A stretch of 24,000 bases of DNA from contig CABMKH010000005.1 in assembly GCA_902386935.1 (NCBI GenBank), positions 100,495 through 124,494 on the forward strand, written 5' to 3'. The stretch comes from Varibaculum timonense. GTDB lineage: Bacteria; Bacillota; Clostridia; Tissierellales; Tissierellaceae. The notes beneath the pieces are model-generated. The model searched no databases. It saw nothing but the letters and a program-made list of their open reading frames with translations, and had not been told where the DNA came from. Each line of letters opens with the position of its first letter. Position 1 is the first letter of the stretch. Both the position numbers and the translations under genes were made by a program. This document shows, one piece after another, positions 9,759 through 17,555 of the stretch.

Positions 9759-11567
9759 GTGAATAAACGTCAGATAAGTTTACTAAAAAAACTAATAATT
9801 CAAGAGGATTATCAACCCATTAAATATTTTTCTAAGGAACTTGATATATCAGGGAAAACGGTATCTAAGGATCTAGATGAAATCCAAGAACATATCAATC
9901 TCACAGGAGTAAGAATAGATAGAAAACAAGGTATGGGGATAAAACTCTTCTATACTTCTTCTCAGCTAGATGACTTGAATAATATGATAAATAATACAAA
10001 TATATTTGAAGGCGATAAGGGACTAGAGCATAGGCGAATTCAGATTTTACTTAGTCTACTCATGAATACAAATAGATATACTACTATTCAAAGACTATCA
10101 GACAAATATATAGTTAGTAGGACGTCTATCAATAATGATCTAAATGAGATTCAGGAAAAATTAGATAGATATGGTTTAGAGCTTTCAAGAACTGTCAAGG
10201 GAACCAAGATAGTAGGCAGTGAAATAAATATTAGAAAGGCTTTAGTTTCTACTATTCAAGAATATGGGAAATTTCATCCAGACTATATTGTAGAGTACCA
10301 GAACATAAGGCATAGAGAGCTTGAAGACATGGGAAAGAATACTATCCTAGATGAAGAGTCTGTTATATTCTTTGAAAATCTATTAAATAAGTTGGAAAAT
10401 GATTTAAAGCTAGTAATATATGAGCCCTATTATACCAATTTATTGACTCATCTAGTTATTATGACAAATAGGATACTAAGCGGAAATCGTATAGAGGACA
10501 AGTCAGAGGAAAATGACGTGGTATTGGTAACTAATAAGAAATTATACCATAGTGCAATCTATTTAATAGACGAGATAGAGAAAAAGTTCGATATCAAAAT
10601 AAATACAGAGGAGACAATATATATCTACAAATATTTGACCTCTATAGGACTAAGTTATGACGGAAATAGAGATAGGGATAGGGGAGATGATCTGCCCCAT
10701 GTGAAATTTACTAGGGATCTCATAGATATAGTATCTCAGATGTCAGATATAGACTATAGTCTAAGGACTAATCTATATGAGAGACTATCATTGCATATAA
10801 AACCCATGTTAAATAGGGCAAAATATAATATCCAGATAAAGAATCCTCTTTTAAAGGACTTTCTAGGAGAATTTCAAGAGGAGTTCTATGTAGTAAAATT
10901 AGCTTGTTTTTTGGTCTCTAATAGGTATAACAAAAAGATGATAAGTGATCATGAAGTTGCCTATATTCTATCCTACTTTATATCTGAAGGAGAGAGAAGT
11001 GCAGAGGATATCAAGATAAAGACAGTAGTCATCTGTCATAGTGGATATGGAACTAGTCAGCTTTTGGCTACTAGATTGGAAAAGTCCTTTAACAATATTG
11101 AAGTAGTAGATATCATCTCATCTAATTCTATTAATAATATAGATTTGAATAAGATAGACTTAATAGTCTCAACTGTACCATTAGACATAGGTGAGTCATA
11201 TTTTACAGTATCTGCATTTTTAAATGAAATTGATAAGAAGAATATAGAAAACCATATGGAATCCATATTTAAAAGTAGAAGGGCCCTATCTTTTCCAGAA
11301 AAAGTAGAGAATGTATTAGTAGAGAATATCCAAGATGCTGAAGATATAGAAAAGTTCAATCGTATCATCAATAGGGATAATTTACTCCACATAAAAGATA
11401 ATATCTATATATATCCATTAGAGAATAGGAGGAATTATGCTAAAAAAACCATAATAGAAGGGAAATATATATATTCCATCCATTATTCTAACTATAGATA
11501 CCTATCTAAAGTTTTAAGACAGGTAATGAGAGAAAATATAGATGAGGAGAATCTAGACTATGATTGA
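9759..11567 (+). CDS. PRD-domain transcriptional activator of the LicR/MtlR/ManR class (two wHTH, two PRD, EIIB-Gat-like domain), without a fused EIIA domain
   Basis: N-terminal HTH segments (ISGKTVSKDLDEIQEHI; VSRTSINNDLNEIQEKL). PRD-like helices carry conserved His (LLTHLVIMTNR, LSLHIKPMLNR). EIIB-like motif VVICHSGYGTSQLLA. GTG start with AAAGGA upstream. Confidence 0.8.
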   Translation: MNKRQISLLKKLIIQEDYQPIKYFSKELDISGKTVSKDLDEIQEHINLTGVRIDRKQGMGIKLFYTSSQLDDLNNMINNTNIFEGDKGLEHRRIQILLSLLMNTNRYTTIQRLSDKYIVSRTSINNDLNEIQEKLDRYGLELSRTVKGTKIVGSEINIRKALVSTIQEYGKFHPDYIVEYQNIRHRELEDMGKNTILDEESVIFFENLLNKLENDLKLVIYEPYYTNLLTHLVIMTNRILSGNRIEDKSEENDVVLVTNKKLYHSAIYLIDEIEKKFDIKINTEETIYIYKYLTSIGLSYDGNRDRDRGDDLPHVKFTRDLIDIVSQMSDIDYSLRTNLYERLSLHIKPMLNRAKYNIQIKNPLLKDFLGEFQEEFYVVKLACFLVSNRYNKKMISDHEVAYILSYFISEGERSAEDIKIKTVVICHSGYGTSQLLATRLEKSFNNIEVVDIISSNSINNIDLNKIDLIVSTVPLDIGESYFTVSAFLNEIDKKNIENHMESIFKSRRALSFPEKVENVLVENIQDAEDIEKFNRIINRDNLLHIKDNIYIYPLENRRNYAKKTIIEGKYIYSIHYSNYRYLSKVLRQVMRENIDEENLDYD

Positions 11568-12009
11568 GAACATTCTTGATATAGAAAATATACTTGTAGA
11601 TGATATTTTAGAATCTAAAGAAGAGGCCATTGACAGATTAGTAGATCTCTTAATAACTTCAAAGGTACTTTTAGATAGAAAAGAGTTCATAAAGTCCATA
11701 TATGATAGAGAGAGTAGAGCTTCTACTTATGTAGGAGAATATTTGGCTATTCCTCATGGAACTTGCAAATCTGTGATAAAACCAACAATTGCCATTGCTA
11801 AAGTAAATAGAGAATTCTCATGGGGAGAAAGCTATGAACAGGTTAAGTTGGTCATATTATTTGCTATTCCTGAAGATGGACACTGGGAAGAAGAATTAGG
11901 GATATTGAAAAAATTTGCTTCTCTATTGGGAGATTCAGAGTTTATAAAAGGGTTGTTAGAATCAGATACAAAGAGAGAATTATTTGTACAAGCTAAGGAA
12001 AGGTTTTAG
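11560..12009 (+). CDS. PTS EIIA, mannitol/fructose/Ntr type (PTS_EIIA_2), stand-alone
   Basis: Phosphorylatable His motif LAIPHGT, preceded by DRESRASTYVGE, with overall EIIA-2 spacing. The ATG overlaps the regulator stop within ATGATTGA. Confidence 0.85.
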   Translation: MIENILDIENILVDDILESKEEAIDRLVDLLITSKVLLDRKEFIKSIYDRESRASTYVGEYLAIPHGTCKSVIKPTIAIAKVNREFSWGESYEQVKLVILFAIPEDGHWEEELGILKKFASLLGDSEFIKGLLESDTKRELFVQAKERF

Positions 12010-12090
12010 CATGTATAGTGGAGATTTTTATGGTCATATTATATTATACGGTTCTTTGATGAAAAATTATAAAAAGCAGGAGTGATAACA

Positions 12091-13431
12091 GTGCTTAAAA
12101 AACTAGAAAAAGTTTTGATGCCATTAGCAGATAAATTAGGGAAAAACAAGGTCTTAGTTGCAATTCGTGATGGATTTTTAATATCAACTCCACTATTGAT
12201 TGTAGGGTCTATTTTCTTATTAATAGCCAACTTTCCAATAAAGAATTGGTCTGAATTTTGGACACAATATCTAGGAGAAGGTTGGGAGATGTGGTTTATA
12301 AATGTATCTAGAGCAACATTTAGTGTAATTGCTCTATTGACATGTATAGGAACGGGATATGCCTATTCTAGAGAGATAAAGGGAGATAAGATTCAAGGGG
12401 CTGTAGTGGCATTTGTTTCTTTCCTCATACTGATGCCTACTATGATTCCATATGAAGGCGTTGAAGGACCAAGTAATGTAAGTGCATTGGGTTTTGAATA
12501 TGTTGGATCAAATGGAATATTTTTGGCACTAGTAGTATCCATATTGTCAGTATCTATATTTGATTGGGCCTACAAAAAAGGATGGACAATAAAGATGCCC
12601 AATGGAGTGCCACCAGCAGTAGCAGATTCCTTTGCAGCGTTGATTCCAAGCTCTATAGTAATGTTTGTATTCTTTTTAATTAGAATTATATTTGAATTTA
12701 CCTCATTTGGAACAGCTCATAACTTTATATATAAGGTATTACAGACTCCACTTCAAGGTGTGGGAAATACTTTGGGAGCACAGATTGTATATGGTGTAGC
12801 ATCTACGCTTTTTTGGTTCTTTGGAATCAATGGACCAGCAGTTACAAATGCAGTGTTTGGACCAATTACCAAGATATTGACCATAGAGAATTTAGAGGCA
12901 TTTCAAGCAGGATTGCCATTGCCTAATATATTTACAGACCCATTTTCCAACTTCTTCACTGGATTTGGAGGTGGAGGAAGTACACTTTCACTAGTTATAG
13001 TTATGGTACTATTCTGTAAATCTAAGAGGATTACTCAATTAGGTAAGTTGTCCATAGTACCAGGAATCTTTGGAATCAATGAACCTATAATATTTGGTCT
13101 ACCAATAGTATTGAACCCTATATTGATAATTCCATTTATAGGAGTTCCTACAATGAATGTGATTCTCTCCACTTTGGCAACTAGGGCTGGAATTATACCA
13201 TATACTACTGGAGTGGCATTGCCATGGACTACTCCAATAGGATTTTCAGGATATCTATCTACAGGTAGCTTATTTGCATCATTATGGCAGATAGGACTAT
13301 TGATACTTGGATGTATAGTTTACTATCCATTTATAAAGATACTAGACAGACAATATCTAAGAGAGGAAAGAGATGCAGAGGATAATAAATCTGATATAGA
13401 TGATATTTCTTTTGATGATCTATCTCTATGA
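12091..13431 (+). CDS. PTS EIIC, lactose/cellobiose/diacetylchitobiose family (copy 1)
   Basis: Typical CelB/ChbC blocks (LVAIRDGF, FWFFGINGP, GGGGST, GIFGINEPIIFGLPIVLNP). GTG 12091 gives MLKKLEKVLMP, matching the paralog start MLSKLEEVLMP. The track's GTG at 12082 sits inside the AGGAG RBS. Confidence 0.9.
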   Translation: MLKKLEKVLMPLADKLGKNKVLVAIRDGFLISTPLLIVGSIFLLIANFPIKNWSEFWTQYLGEGWEMWFINVSRATFSVIALLTCIGTGYAYSREIKGDKIQGAVVAFVSFLILMPTMIPYEGVEGPSNVSALGFEYVGSNGIFLALVVSILSVSIFDWAYKKGWTIKMPNGVPPAVADSFAALIPSSIVMFVFFLIRIIFEFTSFGTAHNFIYKVLQTPLQGVGNTLGAQIVYGVASTLFWFFGINGPAVTNAVFGPITKILTIENLEAFQAGLPLPNIFTDPFSNFFTGFGGGGSTLSLVIVMVLFCKSKRITQLGKLSIVPGIFGINEPIIFGLPIVLNPILIIPFIGVPTMNVILSTLATRAGIIPYTTGVALPWTTPIGFSGYLSTGSLFASLWQIGLLILGCIVYYPFIKILDRQYLREERDAEDNKSDIDDISFDDLSL

Positions 13432-13451
13432 TTAATTTAGGGGGTAAGACA

Positions 13452-13973
13452 ATGAAGATTTTAATGATATTAGATCAAACACAGGCTGGATTAGGAGGAA
13501 AGGAAAATCCTGATTTGCCTTTAGGTGGAAAGAGTATGCCAATAGGTTCTGCACATATGTTGGAACCAAGTTTGAAACAAGTAGATGGAAAGGTTGTAGC
13601 ATGTCTATATTGTGGAGACGGATATTTTAAGAAAAATAGGGAAGAAGTAAAATTAAAGATGGCTGCAATGGTAAAGAAGATAAGCCCAGATATAGTAGTA
13701 TGTGGTCCAGCTTTTAACTATGCTGGATATGCAGAGATGTGTGCCGTTTTAGCCCATGAAATAAATGAAAAGACAGATATCCCAGCTATTGCTGCCATGT
13801 CTAAGGAAAATGAGGAAACTATTTCAGAATACAAGGATTCAGTGAATATTGTCATCATGCCTAAAAAAGGCGGAACAGGATTAAGCGAATCCCTAAATAA
13901 TATCTGTGTTCTTGCAAAGAAAATAGTAGATGGCGAAGACATAACTGACTATGCAAAACAAATATGTTACTAA
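13452..13973 (+). CDS. Small cytoplasmic protein resembling only the N-terminal domain of GrdB/PrdB-family reductase B subunits
   Basis: From memory of GrdB N-termini (MK.VHYINQF.A.IGGE.KAD...ICGD.YF...PD....GPAFNAGRYG). The matching blocks here are MKILMILDQTQAGLGGKENPD, YCGDGYF, SPDIVVCGPAFNYAGYAEMC and DIPAIAAM. There is no Sec/UGA, and the protein is 173 aa against ~430 for GrdB. RBS AGGGGG precedes ATG 13452. Confidence 0.55.
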   Translation: MKILMILDQTQAGLGGKENPDLPLGGKSMPIGSAHMLEPSLKQVDGKVVACLYCGDGYFKKNREEVKLKMAAMVKKISPDIVVCGPAFNYAGYAEMCAVLAHEINEKTDIPAIAAMSKENEETISEYKDSVNIVIMPKKGGTGLSESLNNICVLAKKIVDGEDITDYAKQICY

Positions 13974-13974
13974 A

Positions 13975-14009
13975 AATAAGGTAGCCTAAATCTTCTAGGC
14001 TACCTTATT
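13975..14009 (+). other. Perfect 14-bp hairpin between the GrdB-N-like gene and the first M42 gene
   Basis: AATAAGGTAGCCTA - aatcttc - TAGGCTACCTTATT. The downstream sequence GCTTAGAG has no U-tract, so it is not a canonical terminator. Confidence 0.6.
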
Positions 14010-14038
14010 GCTTAGAGAAGAAAGGAAGGGTGTAAAGT

Positions 14039-15115
14039 ATGAAAATAGATGACAATACATTGAAATTGGCACAGGAGATTACACAGATAATAGGTGTATC
14101 AGGTAATGAAAGATATATATCTAAAGCTTTGCAAGCTCACTATAAAAAGTACGCAGATGAAATAGTATTTGACAATCTAGGTTCAGTATTTGCAGTAAAG
14201 AGATGTGGAAAGAAAAATGCTAAAAAGGTGATGATTTCAGCCAATATGGATGAGATTGGGTTTATGGTAAATGGGATTACAGATAATGGACTTCTCAAGA
14301 TATTGCCATTGGGAACTATTTTGAATCAGACCATATTATCTCAGAGAATTAGACTGATAAATGGAGAAGGCAAAGAGTTTAAAGGAGCTATAGTGACTAA
14401 GAATAGTGGTGAAGATAAGTCCAAGGTAATAGATATTGATGAGATGTTTGCAGATATTGGAGCTACTAGTAAAGAAGAAGTAGAACAGATGGGTGTAAGA
14501 TTAGGAGATTCCATAGTCATAGATGGACCCTTTGAGATATTATCTACAGGTAAGAGAATACTTTCTAAAGCTTGGAACAATAGATATGGGTGTATACTTG
14601 GGATAGAAATATTGAAGGCATTGAAGGATGTAGAATTAGGTGTGGATTTATATGTGGGATGCACAGTTCAAAAAGAAATAGGTCTAAGGGGAGCGGAGAC
14701 TGCTACAAATCTAGTGGCACCAGATTTGGGAATAGTTCTAGATTGTCTACAGGCCAATGATGTAGAAGGTAAAGAGGATGCAGTGGGCAAATTAGGGGAA
14801 GGACTATTGATAAACTACTATGATAAATCCATGATGCCTAATAGGGCGCTTCTCAACCATCTAGTAGATATATGTAAATCAAATGACATAAAGTACCAAT
14901 ACTACTATTCAATGAAGGAAAATGATGCTAAATGGATTCATAAATTATTGGTAGGATGTCCAACTTTAATGGCGTGTATTTGTACAAGAAATGTAAATAC
15001 AAATAGCTCTATTATCCATATGGATGACTATCTAGCTGCAAAAGAAGCAGTTGTCAGGGTTATAAGATCTTTAGATACAGAGACTATTGATAGATTTAAA
15101 GCTGAAAACAGATAG
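14039..15115 (+). CDS. M42 (TET/FrvX/YsdC) peptidase-family paralog with degenerate active site (predicted non-catalytic)
   Basis: It is collinear with the neighbouring M42 protein, but the key residues are replaced. SANMDEIG stands for GHMDEVG, AWNNRYG for AWDDRIG, VQKEIGLRGA for VQEEVGLRGA, and TRNVNT for TRYMHS. Confidence 0.85.
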   Translation: MKIDDNTLKLAQEITQIIGVSGNERYISKALQAHYKKYADEIVFDNLGSVFAVKRCGKKNAKKVMISANMDEIGFMVNGITDNGLLKILPLGTILNQTILSQRIRLINGEGKEFKGAIVTKNSGEDKSKVIDIDEMFADIGATSKEEVEQMGVRLGDSIVIDGPFEILSTGKRILSKAWNNRYGCILGIEILKALKDVELGVDLYVGCTVQKEIGLRGAETATNLVAPDLGIVLDCLQANDVEGKEDAVGKLGEGLLINYYDKSMMPNRALLNHLVDICKSNDIKYQYYYSMKENDAKWIHKLLVGCPTLMACICTRNVNTNSSIIHMDDYLAAKEAVVRVIRSLDTETIDRFKAENR

Positions 15116-15147
15116 GATATAGGATTAAGAGTACTGGAGGAGAGCTT

Positions 15148-16227
15148 ATGTATAATATGGATTTCCAGATGCTAAAGGAGTTAAGTGAAGCTGATGGAAT
15201 ATCAGGTTGTGAAAGAGAAGTAAGTAGGGTTGTAAAGAGATATTTTGAAGAATATGCAGATGAGATCATGTATGATAATTTAGGCTCTATAATTGGGCTA
15301 AAAAAAGGAAATGAAGATGGGCCAAAGATAATGATAGCTGGTCATATGGATGAAGTAGGATTTCTTGTAAGAGATATAGACAAAGATGGCTATATAAGGA
15401 TATTGCCTGTAGGTGGATGGTGGGGTCATGTACTTCCCTCTCAGGAGATGCGGATAACTACCTCTACTGGAAAGAAGATATATGGAGTAGTGGGAAGTCG
15501 AGCACCTCATGGGATGCCTTCTGAAGAAAAGGAGAAGGTCATTAAACCTATAGATCTATTTATAGATATAGGAGTAGAAAATAGAGAAGAAGCAGAAGAA
15601 CTAGGAATACAGATTGGAGATATGATTACGCCTAATACAGAGTGTAGAATTATGAACAATTCAAATTATATAGTAGGGAAGGCATGGGACGATAGAATAG
15701 GTGTAGCTGTAGCCATAGATGTATTGAGACATCTTCAAAACATTGAACATGATGCAAATGTCTATGCTGTAGGTACAGTCCAAGAAGAGGTAGGCTTAAG
15801 GGGAGCTAGGACAGCTACTCACATGATAAATCCCCATATTGGGATTGCACTAGATGTGACAACTGCTAAGGATACACCTATGGATAAGGGAGACATAGGA
15901 TTAGGGCGTGGTGTCATCCTAAGTATATTAGATGCAACAGCTCTAGCCCATAGGGGACTTTTAAGTGAGCTTGAACAAATATGCAAAGACTTAAGATTAG
16001 ATATAAACTATGATGCTATGACCGTAGGTGGAACTGATGCAGGTAATATCCACAAGACCTTCAGTGGAGTTATTACCATGACGCTTTCTATTCCCACAAG
16101 GTATATGCATTCTCCTAGATTGCTAATCCATAGAAGAGACTATATGGAGACTGTAGAGGTCTTGGCAGAATTCTGTAAAAGACTGGATAAAGACCTATTA
16201 GAAAGATTGCGGATAACTACTAAATAA
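15148..16227 (+). CDS. M42 family aminopeptidase (TET/FrvX/YpdE-like), canonical active site
   Basis: All M42 metal/catalytic motifs are present: GHMDEVG, AWDDRIG, VQEEVGLRGA, ALDVT and PTRYMHSP. RBS GGAGGAG. Confidence 0.9.
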   Translation: MYNMDFQMLKELSEADGISGCEREVSRVVKRYFEEYADEIMYDNLGSIIGLKKGNEDGPKIMIAGHMDEVGFLVRDIDKDGYIRILPVGGWWGHVLPSQEMRITTSTGKKIYGVVGSRAPHGMPSEEKEKVIKPIDLFIDIGVENREEAEELGIQIGDMITPNTECRIMNNSNYIVGKAWDDRIGVAVAIDVLRHLQNIEHDANVYAVGTVQEEVGLRGARTATHMINPHIGIALDVTTAKDTPMDKGDIGLGRGVILSILDATALAHRGLLSELEQICKDLRLDINYDAMTVGGTDAGNIHKTFSGVITMTLSIPTRYMHSPRLLIHRRDYMETVEVLAEFCKRLDKDLLERLRITTK

Positions 16228-16281
16228 TAGATTTTAAAATATAATATATTTTAGATCGATAATGGGTACTCTACAACATGA

Positions 16282-16350
16282 ACATAAGTTACCTATTATT
16301 AAGGAAGTTATATGTAATAGATTTACAAATAGACTTAGGATATAGTCTAA
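16282..16350 (+). promoter_or_regulatory. Conserved operator + promoter module, copy 2 (upstream of the M20 / glycosylasparaginase / EIIA unit)
   Basis: Core ACATAAGTTACCTATTATTAAGGAAGTTATATGTAATAGATTTACA. TAGATT (16318-16323), a 17-nt spacer and TATAGT (16341-16346) follow. Confidence 0.7.
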
Positions 16351-16409
16351 TTAGAAAGAATTTAGAAATTCACATATGAAACTTATCTTTCTTAACGGAG
16401 GTAATATAG

Positions 16410-17534
16410 ATGGAACAGATATTAAATGATAAAATTGATGAATATAGAGAAGAATTATTGAAGTCTATTGTGGAAGTAGTGAATATACCAAGTGTGAGAG
16501 GAGAGTCAAGTGAGGATGCACCCTTTGGAAAAGAGCCAAAGAGAGCATTGGAAAAGGCTCTAGAAATAGCAGAAAGATTAGGATTTCAGACTCATATTGT
16601 AGACAATTGTGTTGGATATGCTCAATATGGACAGGGAGAAGACTATATAGGAATTGTAGGACATCTAGATGTAGTAGATGAAGGAGAAGGTTGGAAATTT
16701 CCACCATTTAGTGGGGATATTGAAGATGGAAAGATGTATGGCAGAGGTGTATTGGACAATAAAGGACCAATCATGTCGGCTCTTTATGGACTATATGCTG
16801 TGAAACAATCTGGTCTAAAGATAAATAAGCCAGTAAGAATCATATTTGGAACCAATGAAGAGACTGGATTTGGTGATATGCCTCACTATTTAGGAAAGGA
16901 AAAGCCACCTATAATGGGATTTACTCCTGATTGTAAATATCCAGTAGTATATGGAGAAAGAGGAAGGGCAAATATACAATTTCAAATAGAATATAATAGT
17001 GAAAACTATGAATATATGGCTAAGGAGTTTTTTGACTTTTTAAATACCTATATCCTCTCTAGTAAGGTAAATGGAGATAGATTGGGAATAGACTTTAGTG
17101 ATAGTGAATTCGGTACTATGGAGATGAGAAATTATAAGATAGATTTAGAGGAATCTAAGATGCTTTTCAATCTTAGTCTAAGTTATCCAGCCATAGTAAG
17201 TATTGATGAAATAGTGAAGAGGATAGAGTCCAAACTATCAGAAAATATAAAGTTAAACTTGTTGTTAAATTATGATCCTGTTAAATTTGAGAAGGATTCC
17301 TTCCTAGTTAAATCCCTACAAAGGGCATATGAAGATGTGACAGGACTAGATGGTACTCCTGTGACTACTACAGGAGGAACATATGCAAAGATAGTTCCTA
17401 ATATTGTACCCTTTGGACCATCTTTTCCTGGACAGAAGGGTATAGCTCATAATCCAAATGAGTACATGGATATAAGTGATATTATTTTAAATGCAAAGAT
17501 ATTTGCTCAAGCAATATATAATTTGGCAAAATAA
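16410..17534 (+). CDS. M20 family metallopeptidase (PepV/DapE-like dipeptidase or amidohydrolase)
   Basis: Motifs GHLDVV, GRGVLDNKGP, GTNEETG, GFTPDCKYPVVYGERG and a C-terminal GIAHNPNEY. At 374 aa it is shorter than ~470-aa PepV enzymes. Confidence 0.85.
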   Translation: MEQILNDKIDEYREELLKSIVEVVNIPSVRGESSEDAPFGKEPKRALEKALEIAERLGFQTHIVDNCVGYAQYGQGEDYIGIVGHLDVVDEGEGWKFPPFSGDIEDGKMYGRGVLDNKGPIMSALYGLYAVKQSGLKINKPVRIIFGTNEETGFGDMPHYLGKEKPPIMGFTPDCKYPVVYGERGRANIQFQIEYNSENYEYMAKEFFDFLNTYILSSKVNGDRLGIDFSDSEFGTMEMRNYKIDLEESKMLFNLSLSYPAIVSIDEIVKRIESKLSENIKLNLLLNYDPVKFEKDSFLVKSLQRAYEDVTGLDGTPVTTTGGTYAKIVPNIVPFGPSFPGQKGIAHNPNEYMDISDIILNAKIFAQAIYNLAK

Positions 17535-17555
17535 GCTTAGAAAAGAGGGATATAT

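Noticed and set aside
12039-12230. A minus-strand 63-aa ORF, and its look-alike at 19301..19588, could be a conserved antisense gene pair.
   Set aside because: They lie opposite the conserved 5' ends of the two paralogous EIIC genes, so their similarity is just a shadow of the EIIC paralogy. They have no RBS and their composition is low-complexity.
13452-14009. The GrdB-like ORF might be a selenoprotein, with the downstream hairpin acting as a SECIS element.
   Set aside because: The ORF contains no in-frame TGA and ends in TAA. The hairpin lies after the stop codon, and the frame beyond it does not continue with GrdB-like sequence. The next gene is an M42 peptidase with its own RBS.
16236-16252. 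The AT-only palindrome AAAATATA-a-TATATTTT after the second M42 gene could be a terminator.
   Set aside because: It would leave a 1-nt loop and has only A:T pairs, so it is not a credible stable hairpin. Read-through into the next promoter module cannot be excluded.
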